A stretch of DNA of 39,284 nt from a virus. Positions within the stretch are counted from its first letter, which is position 1. The number at the start of each line of letters is the position of its first letter. The stretch covers positions 1-39,284 of IMG/VR virus record IMGVR_UViG_3300045988_101290; one strand, 5' to 3'. The notes beneath the pieces were generated by a model. That model did no database searches and had not been told where the DNA came from. It saw nothing but the letters and a program-made list of their open reading frames with translations. Of the stretch, positions 16,205-25,407 are shown piece after piece. A program made the position numbers and the translations under genes.

Positions 16205-16524
16205 CCTACTGATGCAACAATTAAAGACGAAATGACTGATACAACTACGGGGACAAAGAGAGATTTTAACAAAAAGTCTTTTATATGCTCTAAGCACATT
16301 TCACGGCGAACAGTTCCCTCATAAGTAAGCTGAAAATCAAAATGACGACGATACTGAATGCAGAGATTTTTTATATAACCATGTTGCTCTAAACGCTCAG
16401 CACAACGTTGCAAAGAAATCAAAGGAACATCTATATATCTGAGCAGGTCGTCACTGCTAATAACAGAGCGTTCTAAATAATATTTAGCACAGCAGTCAAG
16501 AAATTGTTTTTCTAAATCAGTCAA
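16102..16524 (-). CDS. winged-helix (YjcQ/MarR-like) protein with C-terminal TM helix
   Basis: TTG start 7 nt after AAAGGAGGA. Own promoter TTGACT-17-TATCCT. The 3' end overlaps 16022..16204 by 103 nt. Confidence 0.5.
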   Translation of the reverse strand: MTDLEKQFLDCCAKYYLERSVISSDDLLRYIDVPLISLQRCAERLEQHGYIKNLCIQYRRHFDFQLTYEGTVRREMCLEHIKDFLLKSLFVPVVVSVISSLIVASVGYLWSMRSIKENSQSPIAQPASELITDTNGLNHQ

Positions 16525-16625
16525 AATAAATTCCTCCTTTTTGAATACTTGGCTTAAACAGAAGCCTGTATCAACAGGATAGGAGAGTAAATGCAAAAAG
16601 TCAATAAAGAGACGAGGTAAGAAGA

Positions 16626-16943
16626 ATGGAAAAATTAATAGAATCAAGAGGCCAATATCTCGAAATAAGAAGCAGGGTATTTAAAGACATGGAAACAATA
16701 GAGAACACATGCAATCTATTCGGTCGAAACTGTTTTAAAGAAGAATATATGAAATATATAAAAGCCTTGCACAGACTCAGAATGGCATTCATCTTCAGCG
16801 AGGATGAAAACGAAGAGAGCTTTGGTGAAGTCTTCGATGGACTTTTTGAGAAGAAAAAAGAACTGAAGGACCTGACTGTAAAGTATATTGAAGCCAGGAA
16901 AGAGGAACAGAGAAAAGAAGCGGAGAGTATAGCATTCAAATAG
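16626..16943 (+). CDS. hypothetical protein
   Basis: 105 aa with GAGGTAAG RBS. Confidence 0.5.
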   Translation: MEKLIESRGQYLEIRSRVFKDMETIENTCNLFGRNCFKEEYMKYIKALHRLRMAFIFSEDENEESFGEVFDGLFEKKKELKDLTVKYIEARKEEQRKEAESIAFK

Positions 16944-16948
16944 CCGAA

Positions 16949-16991
16949 ACGGTCAGCAATGACCGTCACACCGGGGATGACCGCCCGGTGT
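16949..16991 (+). other. two adjacent GC-rich hairpins (terminator-like, no U tract)
   Basis: ACGGTCA gcaa TGACCGT followed by ACACCGGG gatgaccg CCCGGTGT, immediately after the stop at 16943. Confidence 0.35.
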
Positions 16992-17026
16992 CTGATGATG
17001 GCAGGTCGGGAAGGAGTGAGAAGAAA

Positions 17027-17200
17027 GTGAAAATGATAAAACTTGGAATCAAAAGAGGGGACGGCGGGAGAACGAAAATCATATCTAATGAAAATATGAA
17101 AAATATAGAGCCGATTCTTCGCGAACTCAGAAAGACATCTCGAAAATTGAGACGCCTTTCTAAAAACGGATTTGAAATTAAACTCACTATTAATAATTAG
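17027..17200 (+). CDS. small basic protein
   Basis: GTG 10 nt after AAGGAG, or alternatively ATG at 17033. Lys/Arg-rich. Confidence 0.3.
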   Translation: MKMIKLGIKRGDGGRTKIISNENMKNIEPILRELRKTSRKLRRLSKNGFEIKLTINN

Positions 17201-17396
17201 AATATCCATCAGGAAGCGGAACAGAATCGATCATGTCCTCTTCAGTGCTGGAAGCGTCACAAACATAGTTTAAACATACAGTTTCACAATCAATATCATC
17301 GTCGGGATCAAGAATTGAGAGTGTAACATACTCAAATCCATCTTTTTGAGAAGCCTTTAAGCTTTCAAGAAGTTCTGAAATTTTATAAACGTTCAT
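17190..17396 (-). CDS. small highly acidic protein
   Basis: 68 aa with GAAAGGAG RBS and a Asp/Glu-rich C-half. Convergent with 17027..17200, overlapping it by 11 nt. Confidence 0.55.
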   Translation of the reverse strand: MNVYKISELLESLKASQKDGFEYVTLSILDPDDDIDCETVCLNYVCDASSTEEDMIDSVPLPDGYSNY

Positions 17397-17496
17397 GGGT
17401 ATCTCCTTTCATAAAATACTAGGCATTGCCGTGCCGGTATCTAAAGTATAGAAGAATGCCGAAAAGAAATCAATACAGAAAGAGGTGAGAACAGCA

Positions 17497-17652
17497 ATGA
17501 GTGAAAAAGAAAAGAAAGAAATCGCTGAAATGGTAGAGACAGCCAAACATCTGGCCGCACATGATCCGCAGGCATTCATGATCGCGAAAAGCAACATGGA
17601 CATTCTGAAGATCAGAGCAGATATGGACAAACAGGAAAAAGAACCAGCATAA
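17497..17652 (+). CDS. hypothetical small protein (51 aa)
   Basis: AGAGGTGAG RBS. Too short to appear in the ORF track. Confidence 0.45.
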   Translation: MSEKEKKEIAEMVETAKHLAAHDPQAFMIAKSNMDILKIRADMDKQEKEPA

Positions 17653-17664
17653 TGAGGTGAGGCT

Positions 17665-17814
17665 ATGAATGAAAAACAGAAAATGATGGAAGAAGAACTT
17701 GCTTCCATCGGGATCAATAACTTGGATGAGCTAAACGAAGCAATCAAAAAAGAAAAGCTGGATGTGACTCTGATGGTCGCTCCGATTGCAAAGAAACATA
17801 CAGCTACAGGATAG
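17665..17814 (+). CDS. hypothetical small protein (49 aa)
   Basis: GAGGTGAGG RBS. Too short to appear in the ORF track. Confidence 0.45.
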   Translation: MNEKQKMMEEELASIGINNLDELNEAIKKEKLDVTLMVAPIAKKHTATG

Positions 17815-17824
17815 GAGGACAAGC

Positions 17825-17992
17825 ATGCAGTTAAAACCAGAGACGCCATTGATTAAGAAGCTTGAGATCAAGCGTCTGGAAGACGAATGTGAGAAATTAA
17901 GGACGTGGATCTGGAGATTGACGATTATTGGAGAATTAATACTGATTGCAGTGTTACTTGCATGTGTAATTAATTTTTACGTCATAACTTAA
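17825..17992 (+). CDS. small protein with C-terminal TM helix
   Basis: GGAGGA RBS lies 6 nt upstream of the ATG at 17825. Confidence 0.5.
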   Translation: MQLKPETPLIKKLEIKRLEDECEKLRTWIWRLTIIGELILIAVLLACVINFYVIT

Positions 17993-18007
17993 CGGGAGGT
18001 GGAGAAG

Positions 18008-18253
18008 ATGCATGAAATTCCAAAGATTTTAACAGAAGAAGAATTTGCCAAGCGACTGCAGCTGGCCAAAGAAACTCTGAACGAATACAACTGTAAAAAT
18101 GACATCGAAAAAGGACTGATCGTAATGTCCGGCTGGGTAAGTGTAGATGGACAACCAGTATACACACCAGCACAACTCAAGAGACTTTTTGACTTGGCAT
18201 ATACAGGAGGTGATACCAATAGGACAGAGAATGTGGCAGACACAATCTGCTAA
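18008..18253 (+). CDS. hypothetical protein
   Basis: GGGAGG RBS lies 8 nt upstream of the ATG at 18008. Confidence 0.5.
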   Translation: MHEIPKILTEEEFAKRLQLAKETLNEYNCKNDIEKGLIVMSGWVSVDGQPVYTPAQLKRLFDLAYTGGDTNRTENVADTIC

Positions 18254-18401
18254 GCAGGAGTGCAGGAACTGCGCCTACATGAGAGATCTGGGTGACGGAG
18301 AGTGCATATGTGGGAAAGACCCATCCATAACGGTCATGGAAGAGTACCAGGAATCAGAAGACTACAGATCCTGTGGATGCCCGGAATGGAGATGGGGATA
18401 G
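18231..18401 (+). CDS. small Cys-rich (zinc-binding-like) protein
   Basis: CRNC...CICG...CGCPEW. The start is uncertain. Confidence 0.4.
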   Translation: MWQTQSAKQECRNCAYMRDLGDGECICGKDPSITVMEEYQESEDYRSCGCPEWRWG

Positions 18402-18587
18402 TGATACAAGTGAATAAAAAAATAAGGCACATCATTATGCGGATGATGTACCTCAAGACTTCTTCGCCTACCGAAAATATAAGTCAAAATTATAATACCA
18501 TCGGCGGGCGGAAAAGTCAAGAAATACGGGCATTTTCGTCCGTTTTCATCACTTGTTAAGAATATTAAAGATAGGACATACAGGTGG

Positions 18588-19322
18588 ATGAAAAAGAGAT
18601 ATAAAAGACTGATATATACGTTTGAACATTCGGTAGAGATATATGAATACCTGGATGGGAAGTATGGAGCACCGGGAACGAAAAGAGGGAAGAAGAGAAA
18701 AGCCACATTGGAAGAGATCCGATTCCGGAATCAGTGGAATAGAGAAAGAAAAGCAAGGCATAAGCTGAAGACGTGGTTCCATGAGAATGATTACCTGGTA
18801 TTGTTCACATACAAAAAGGATAAGCGTCCACCTGATATGGAGACTGCAAAAAAGCATCTGGCGCAAGCCATGAGGAAGGTGAGAGAAAAATATAAAAAAG
18901 CCGGGAAGAAAATGAGGTGGATGGCAAATATCGAAGTAGGTACAAAAGGAGCCTGGCACGTACACATAGTTATAAATCGGATACCGGATGCAGACATCAT
19001 CATTAAGGATGCCTGGGAGCATGGAGCAGTAACCTTCAAGCACCTGTATGAAGCGGGAGATTTCAGAGATCTGGCCGGATACATCACGAAAACACCAGAA
19101 ACATGCGAACGCTATGGAGAGCACTTAAGAGAGACAAGCTATCATGCGTCCCGCAATATGCCTCTAAAGGAGCCGAAAGAAGAACGCTTTGTGCAGTGGA
19201 GAGAGATCAAGGACAGGAAAGGCTACTACTTAGATAAAGATACATACTACGAAGGAACAAATAAATTCACCGGGTACAAATACCGGTATTACACCATGAT
19301 TAAGTTGGATAGGAGAATTTAG
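18588..19322 (+). CDS. HUH-superfamily rolling-circle replication initiator-like protein
   Basis: Carries three Rep motifs in order: LVLFTYKK (motif 1), AWHVHIVIN (HUH) and LAGYITKT (YxxK). Confidence 0.65.
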   Translation: MKKRYKRLIYTFEHSVEIYEYLDGKYGAPGTKRGKKRKATLEEIRFRNQWNRERKARHKLKTWFHENDYLVLFTYKKDKRPPDMETAKKHLAQAMRKVREKYKKAGKKMRWMANIEVGTKGAWHVHIVINRIPDADIIIKDAWEHGAVTFKHLYEAGDFRDLAGYITKTPETCERYGEHLRETSYHASRNMPLKEPKEERFVQWREIKDRKGYYLDKDTYYEGTNKFTGYKYRYYTMIKLDRRI

Positions 19323-19323
19323 A

Positions 19324-19575
19324 ATGCTGATTTTAAACGGAGCAAGCGAGCAGAAACTAAAAGAATTAGTTGCGGTATCAGTCGAGCTGAACAAAGTACT
19401 GCATGAGCACCACATAGACACACCTAAACTTGCAGTGGATAATGCAAATGTGTTAAAAGATGCGCTCGATGAAGTGATGGCCAGGAGACGGGAACAGATC
19501 GACGAAATTCTCAAAACAGAGAATAGTACCAAACAGGAACACCAAAGGGGCACAGAAAAATCATGTTTAGAGTAG
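19324..19575 (+). CDS. hypothetical protein
   Basis: 83 aa with GGAGAA RBS. Confidence 0.5.
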   Translation: MLILNGASEQKLKELVAVSVELNKVLHEHHIDTPKLAVDNANVLKDALDEVMARRREQIDEILKTENSTKQEHQRGTEKSCLE

Positions 19576-19979
19576 ATATCTACACGACTGTAAAATCCAG
19601 TTCCAACAGTAAAACACTGGGAAAATACGGATTCATATGCACGTGCGTAAAGAAGTCCGGAGAGATTGGAAAAATCCAAGATACCGGTCAGATAAAAGGC
19701 ACACGACACGAAACAGAAGTAAAGGCAATCACAGAAGCATTGAGCCGCCTGAACCAGTCCTGCGAGGTCCATATCCACTGTGAGGATACCTATGTAGTGA
19801 ACATTATCGATATTTTCTTACCGGGATGGGCCGGGAATGGATTCAAGACCGCAAAAGAGAAACCCGTAGCAGAGGGCTGGCAGATACTCTGGAAAAAGAT
19901 GCAAGGGCATCTGATCAAAACAGAGAGAGGGCGGCACACATACAGTGATGAAATTAGAAAAATGATGGAGGAAACATAG
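19563..19979 (+). CDS. RNase H-like protein
   Basis: VDIYT (Asp), HETEVKAITEAL (Glu), VHIHCEDTYVVN (Asp) and PGWAGNGFKT follow the RNase HI layout. Confidence 0.55.
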   Translation: MFRVDIYTTVKSSSNSKTLGKYGFICTCVKKSGEIGKIQDTGQIKGTRHETEVKAITEALSRLNQSCEVHIHCEDTYVVNIIDIFLPGWAGNGFKTAKEKPVAEGWQILWKKMQGHLIKTERGRHTYSDEIRKMMEET

Positions 19980-20414
19980 ATGTATAAAGTATTTGGACAG
20001 ATGGACACGGAAGAATTAAATGCGTGTGCAAAGGGATTGAGAGAAGAAGGCGATAACGATCGTATCAGATTATTAGCAAAGGAAAATGGGATTCCGGAGT
20101 TTTTTGCTGATATGTACATAGAAACCGGAGAAGAGTTTACAGATCCAATGACTGCAGCTATGGGAAAACTGGATATAGAAGCAGCAGAGTACAAAAACAA
20201 CCAGATCCCAGTCGAGCCGATCATTGACTTCCTGAAAGCGGAATGCGCGAATGAAGATTTTGCGGTGCGCGTGCGACATCGCACAAAATCTGTACAGGAA
20301 TGCATGAAGAAAATTGAAGACAACTGCAAGAAAATCCAGAAAGATACCGGGAAACATTATGCAGCAGACATGGTGGTATTCAACTGGGCGAAGGATTACT
20401 TCAAGGAGGCGTAA
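19980..20414 (+). CDS. PcfK-like protein
   Basis: 144 aa, directly upstream of a PcfJ-like gene. Assigned from size and synteny. Confidence 0.5.
   Translation: MYKVFGQMDTEELNACAKGLREEGDNDRIRLLAKENGIPEFFADMYIETGEEFTDPMTAAMGKLDIEAAEYKNNQIPVEPIIDFLKAECANEDFAVRVRHRTKSVQECMKKIEDNCKKIQKDTGKHYAADMVVFNWAKDYFKEA
20271..20285. repeat. parS-like palindrome S2 (c)GTGCGACATCGCACA
   Basis: 15 of 16 positions identical to S3 and S4. Lies inside the PcfK-like CDS. Confidence 0.6.
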
Positions 20415-20418
20415 AGAG

Positions 20419-22377
20419 ATGCGAAAGAAAGAACTTTTGGCGCTTCCACTTATGAAAGTAACAGAAGAAATGCGCCAGGCAGCAGGAGAAACCCGAAAAT
20501 ATGAAAGATGGAGAATGCCAGATATCCTAGGACCAAAGTATCAGAAATATTTTCGGGCGAGGAAGACGGGGAATGTCTTGGAAATAGCAGTGTTTGAGTG
20601 GGGAAGGATACAGGCTGGTGACGATGAACCGATATTCCGGATATTCTTACATGATGGAAAATACAATACATGGGATGCGTATAAGCAAAAATGGAGAACG
20701 GCATCAATAGAACATTTATATGATTCGGAATATCAAACGAGGGCAGAACGCGCTGCGCATGGGACGTATTGGTATAAAGAACGGGACAGGCAACTGATAG
20801 TGAAATTCACGAAAAGCAAACATCAGGACATACCTTCAGCAGTACTGGAGTGGCAGCAGTACGAAAAGAATAGAGGAGAAACAGAAATCATAGACGCAGC
20901 GATGTCGCTGGTTCCGGAAATCCCGAAAAGTTTTGCTAAATGGGTAGAGACAGATGCGCTACCACAATATATGTATTACGAATCCGGAAGAAAAATAGGA
21001 TTATGCACCAGCTGTGGGAAATACCATGAATTAAAAGAACCACCCAAATATGGAGAAACAGGGATTTGTCCGGGATGTAAGCGGAAAGTGCAATATAAAA
21101 CATATAAAAAATGCCCGAGATTCCAGGAACGCGCATATGCATCACTTATACAGAAAACACCAGATGGGTATGTACTACGTCATTTCTGCCTGTGGCAGGA
21201 CATAAAAAAAGGCAAGAGAAAGGACGTTAGCATATGGGAACAGATCCGCATCACATATGATAAACACTGGCAGAAAAAATTAGTCTATTCATACCATCGA
21301 TATAAACAGACAAATACAATCCGATGGTGCAACAGTTATCAGGGTAGTTATTGGAGCGGATATAAAGAAGAGAAAAGATCAGCATTGTATCCGAGAAATC
21401 TGAAAAGGATATTAAAAGGAACCGAGTTGGAGTATTCAGGCCTGCGAGAATTCGCTTGTACAGGCATAGAGTTCTATCAACAGAACTTTATCGATATTGC
21501 AAGGAGATTTGTCGGATTAGAAAAATTAATCAAGGTGGGATTCTTAAGACTAGCACAAGACTGCATAGAATACAGGGAACTTGCGCCGATCAATTTGAAA
21601 GAGAAAAGAGTCAAGAAGGTGCTCCGATTAAACGGAGAATACTATAACCAGATCAAAGATAAAGATCCATCATGGAATGAATATAGAACGATCTATTGGT
21701 GCCAGGAAGCTGGAGTAAGAATGACATGGGAACAGATACAGGAAATGTCAAGAATTCAAAGAAATTTTGTTGCATACATGAAATATACGACTCCATACAA
21801 GATGATCAAATACATAAGAACAATACAGGCAGATAAAGAAGACATCTTAAAAGAATATCAATGCCATGACTATCACGATTATCTGCAGATGGCAGCAGGC
21901 CTCGGTTACAACATGAAAGATGAATGGGTATTATATCCGAAAAATCTGAAAGAACGGCATGACCAATTGATAAAAGAGCAGAAAGAGAAAGAAGAACAGC
22001 TGGAAAAGCAAAAAGATGATGAAAAAGATGAAAGCCTTAGAACCACCATAAAAGAACATGATTGGAACCGGTACGAAATGGAGACAGAAGATCTGTTGAT
22101 CAGGCTTCCTGAGTATGTGCACGAAATAAGAGAAGAAGGAAATGCACAGCACCACTGTGTAGCAACCTACATGGATCGGATGGTAGCCGGAGAAACTTGT
22201 ATCCTGTTCATCAGAAAAAAAGAAGAACAAGACAAAAGCTACTACACCGTAGAAGTAAGGGACAATGAAGTAATACAGGTCCGTGGAAAGTATAACGTAG
22301 CTCCATCAGAAGACGTAGAAGAATTCATGAAGGTATTCAAGAAAAACATAAGAAAAGCAGAAAGGAAGGCGAGCTAA
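20419..22377 (+). CDS. PcfJ-like protein
   Basis: C-terminal motif AQHHCVATYMDRMVAGETCILFIRKK...YYTVEV...IQVRGKYN. GGAGG RBS lies 9 nt upstream of the ATG at 20419. Confidence 0.7.
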   Translation: MRKKELLALPLMKVTEEMRQAAGETRKYERWRMPDILGPKYQKYFRARKTGNVLEIAVFEWGRIQAGDDEPIFRIFLHDGKYNTWDAYKQKWRTASIEHLYDSEYQTRAERAAHGTYWYKERDRQLIVKFTKSKHQDIPSAVLEWQQYEKNRGETEIIDAAMSLVPEIPKSFAKWVETDALPQYMYYESGRKIGLCTSCGKYHELKEPPKYGETGICPGCKRKVQYKTYKKCPRFQERAYASLIQKTPDGYVLRHFCLWQDIKKGKRKDVSIWEQIRITYDKHWQKKLVYSYHRYKQTNTIRWCNSYQGSYWSGYKEEKRSALYPRNLKRILKGTELEYSGLREFACTGIEFYQQNFIDIARRFVGLEKLIKVGFLRLAQDCIEYRELAPINLKEKRVKKVLRLNGEYYNQIKDKDPSWNEYRTIYWCQEAGVRMTWEQIQEMSRIQRNFVAYMKYTTPYKMIKYIRTIQADKEDILKEYQCHDYHDYLQMAAGLGYNMKDEWVLYPKNLKERHDQLIKEQKEKEEQLEKQKDDEKDESLRTTIKEHDWNRYEMETEDLLIRLPEYVHEIREEGNAQHHCVATYMDRMVAGETCILFIRKKEEQDKSYYTVEVRDNEVIQVRGKYNVAPSEDVEEFMKVFKKNIRKAERKAS

Positions 22378-23850
22378 ATGGATTTTGAAGTAAAGACAGT
22401 GATCGACAATATTGATGACATGACAGACATCATCAAAAACCAACTGAATGATATAGCAGAAGGGTTCGTAAGCGTCGGCTATTACCTGAGAAAAACGGAT
22501 GAGACCATGCTCTACAAGCAGAAAGGGTACAAAACAATCTACGAATACGCCAAAGATACATTCGGAATCGGCAGATCAACAGCCAGTAGATTCATGGAGA
22601 TCAATCAAAAATACAGCAAGGATGGGTATTCTCCAGAGATCGATCTGAAATGGTCTGGATACGGCAGCAGTAAACTCACAGAAATGCTGGGACTTCCGGA
22701 AGATGTACAGGAAGCAATCCCGGTGGATGCAACGGTCAGAGATATTCGAGATGCAAAAGGAATCATCCGGGAAACTGAACACAACTATTCGGATCAGATG
22801 GAGCTGTGCGACATCGCACAGCCGGATCCGGCCGAAACAAACTGGCTGACGGAATTGATAAAACAGTATTTTTCCAAAGAAAACAGAGAAGCATTCCAGA
22901 AAATGACGGATTGGCTCAGAAAAGATGAACCGGAAAAGGACATAACAGTCAGCATCCTGCTGATCATCAACCCGACAAAGTTCAAAATGATCCGGCTGGA
23001 GCGCGCCAACGTCATGCTGACAGTAGACAAAATCAAGGTAATGCCATACCGGAACCAGGGAGAACAGCAGGAATACACCTATATAGATTTTGGCCGAGCT
23101 TTTGAAACGATGTTCTATCCAGCCGGGATAAATACACCAATCAATGAAGCGTATAAAAATGTATACGGAGAGTCGTATTACAAAGAAAAACATTATCCAG
23201 AAGGGAAAAATGATGCAAACGATACAGGAAATCGAGAAAGTGCTCCGAAAGATGAAGCCGGAACTGATAGATCGGTGCCAGGAGAAACCAGAGTTGAAGG
23301 AGCATCTGAGACAACAAAAGAAGAAACAGAACTATCAGACACAGAAAGCGACGTTTGTGATGGAGAAAAAAGCAGAGAAGCCGAACACACTGAAAATGAA
23401 CCGACAGCAGAGGAGAGCTCGGGAAACGGAACTACGCAGACGCAAAAAGAGGCAAAAGAAACAACTGAAGCACCTAACTCCGCTGCAGTATCTGCAGAAG
23501 AAGAAACTGCGGAAGTAAAAACGGAGATTTGCCATGGAGATACTGATGAAACTCAGATTCCGGGACAGACAGAATTAGTCAAAGATTTCCCTGAATACTG
23601 TCCGCCGGATATGAATACTCCGGAACAACAGGATCAATCAGAAGTCAAGCCGGCATACGCCACCAGAAGATTATATATATCCTCTGTCGATGCCGATGCG
23701 GCAGCAGAATACATGGGAAAAGCCATGGAAAAGGCTATACGCAATATGCCGGGAGTAAGTTTCGGAGTCTTGACGAAGGAATCATTCTGGAAAGAATTCT
23801 TCGAAACCGAGGTTGATCGGAATGGAGCTGAGATTGAATGTGTGAATTAA
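22378..23850 (+). CDS. ParB/KorB-like HTH protein with long acidic disordered region
   Basis: YKTIYEYAKDTFGIGRSTASRFMEI...LTEMLGLPEDVQEAI resembles the ParB HTH and LxLPxxVQ region. No GERRxR CTPase box was seen, and no ParA gene is present in the genome. Confidence 0.5.
   Translation: MDFEVKTVIDNIDDMTDIIKNQLNDIAEGFVSVGYYLRKTDETMLYKQKGYKTIYEYAKDTFGIGRSTASRFMEINQKYSKDGYSPEIDLKWSGYGSSKLTEMLGLPEDVQEAIPVDATVRDIRDAKGIIRETEHNYSDQMELCDIAQPDPAETNWLTELIKQYFSKENREAFQKMTDWLRKDEPEKDITVSILLIINPTKFKMIRLERANVMLTVDKIKVMPYRNQGEQQEYTYIDFGRAFETMFYPAGINTPINEAYKNVYGESYYKEKHYPEGKNDANDTGNRESAPKDEAGTDRSVPGETRVEGASETTKEETELSDTESDVCDGEKSREAEHTENEPTAEESSGNGTTQTQKEAKETTEAPNSAAVSAEEETAEVKTEICHGDTDETQIPGQTELVKDFPEYCPPDMNTPEQQDQSEVKPAYATRRLYISSVDADAAAEYMGKAMEKAIRNMPGVSFGVLTKESFWKEFFETEVDRNGAEIECVN
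22805..22820. repeat. parS-like palindrome S3 TGTGCGACATCGCACA
   Basis: Identical to S4. Lies inside the ParB-like gene itself. Confidence 0.7.
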
Positions 23851-24239
23851 TGTTCCCGAAACCAACCAGGAAGAAAAAAAGGAAACACCACCCAGCTCCG
23901 ATCGTAGACACAGTAAAAGGTGAATGCTTCCTGTGCCGACTGGAAGGCATCCGCCGGCAGCAGTACACGGAAGAACATCATGTGTTTTATGGTGGCGGAC
24001 TGAGAAAAGTCAGTGAGGAGAACGGCTTTAAAGTCTATCTGTGTAGAGATCACCACAAAGACGGACCAAGAGCCGCACATAATTGCAGAGAGACGCGTGA
24101 ACTATTATGCCGGATATTTCAGAGAAAGTACGAAGAAACCCATACGAGAGAAGAATTCCGAGCATTAGGTATAAAGAATTATTTGGAGGATGAGCATGAT
24201 GACATTACAAGAGATATTTCGAGTGCAGGAAAGCTATAA
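23850..24239 (+). CDS. NinG/HNH-like zinc-binding nuclease candidate
   Basis: MFPKP...CFLC...EEHHVFYGG...LCRDHH pattern. The TAATG start overlaps the previous stop. Confidence 0.4.
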   Translation: MFPKPTRKKKRKHHPAPIVDTVKGECFLCRLEGIRRQQYTEEHHVFYGGGLRKVSEENGFKVYLCRDHHKDGPRAAHNCRETRELLCRIFQRKYEETHTREEFRALGIKNYLEDEHDDITRDISSAGKL

Positions 24240-25407
24240 ATTGCCGGACGCAATCATGGAAGTACTGATGTCTAAAGAAGCAGAAAAATATATAAGGGTG
24301 GTAAAAGATAATAAAATCGATATTCGTGACACGTTCCAGGAAGAACAGGGCGATCGGAACAGATTGAAACAAGATTTTACACCAGACTGCCTCTGCAGAC
24401 TGGTAGCGGATCTGATGAAGAAAGGTAGCTGCCTGGATATGTGTTCCGGAACAGGCGCACTCAGTAAAGAGGCAGCACGAACACATAATATCGAGATTGA
24501 AGAACAGGAATACAGTGAAAGAACAATCCCGTTTGCAATTCTGGACGCATGTGTGAACGGGCTGACTGGTTGGATAAGTCGGAACGACTGCTTGAGAGAT
24601 GAAACATATCAGGTGTACAGGTTGACGAAACATCAGGATATTAGTCTCCCAATCATAGAAGAGACAGATAGGGAAGTAGGTCAATACAATAATGTGATCA
24701 TGAATCCGCCATATTCCATGAAATTTCCGGATGCAGAGTGGTATCCGATAGTCGGATTTACGATACCGAAAAGTAAAGCGGATTACGGCTTCCTACTCCG
24801 AGGGCTACAGCACCTGAAAGAAGACGGAAGACAGATTGCAATCCTGCCACACGGAGTACTGTTCAGAGGTGCAGGAGAAGGAAAAATAAGGGAGTGGCTT
24901 ATAAAACAGCACTTGATTAATGCGGTAATAGGACTTCCGGACAAACTTTTCCTGAATACAAGCATTCCGGTATGTATCGTGATCATGGAGCGGGATTCGC
25001 CAGATATATTCTTCATTGACGCAAGTGAAGAATTCCAAAAGCAATCCGCACAAAACGACATGACGGATCAGCAACTGAAGAAAATAGTTGATTGTTTCCG
25101 CGAGAGAACAGACGTAGAGAGATATGCTCATAGAGCCTTATACGAGGAAATAGAGAAAAATGACTACAACCTAAACATTCCAAGATATGTTGATATCTTT
25201 GAGGAAGAAGAACTTCCAGACATAGGAGCAATACTAAACACTCTTGGCCAGATAGAGACAGAAGAACGAAAGACCAAAAGCCGGTTATACGATATTCTTG
25301 AAAACTTAACAGGAAGTCCGGAAGACATAAGGAATGTGAAAAAGCATCAGAGCTTAATGAAAGGGGAAAGACATGAATCTACAGTGCCGACAGATACACA
25401 TAACTGA
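24196..25407 (+). CDS. hsdM: N6-adenine DNA methyltransferase (type I HsdM-like, gamma class)
   Basis: Motif I DMCSGTGAL and motif IV NVIMNPPYS. Confidence 0.85.
   Translation: MMTLQEIFRVQESYKLPDAIMEVLMSKEAEKYIRVVKDNKIDIRDTFQEEQGDRNRLKQDFTPDCLCRLVADLMKKGSCLDMCSGTGALSKEAARTHNIEIEEQEYSERTIPFAILDACVNGLTGWISRNDCLRDETYQVYRLTKHQDISLPIIEETDREVGQYNNVIMNPPYSMKFPDAEWYPIVGFTIPKSKADYGFLLRGLQHLKEDGRQIAILPHGVLFRGAGEGKIREWLIKQHLINAVIGLPDKLFLNTSIPVCIVIMERDSPDIFFIDASEEFQKQSAQNDMTDQQLKKIVDCFRERTDVERYAHRALYEEIEKNDYNLNIPRYVDIFEEEELPDIGAILNTLGQIETEERKTKSRLYDILENLTGSPEDIRNVKKHQSLMKGERHESTVPTDTHN

Noticed and set aside
16601-17209. The 202-aa minus-strand ORF spanning the early accessory region.
   Set aside because: It is Ser/Phe-rich and low in complexity, has no RBS, and is antisense to better-supported plus-strand genes and to the hairpin region.
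18302-18706. ORFs 18302..18559 (+) and 18362..18706 (-) in the region upstream of rep.
   Set aside because: They have no RBS and cross a structured non-coding region (hairpins and repeats) that is more plausibly a terminator or origin.
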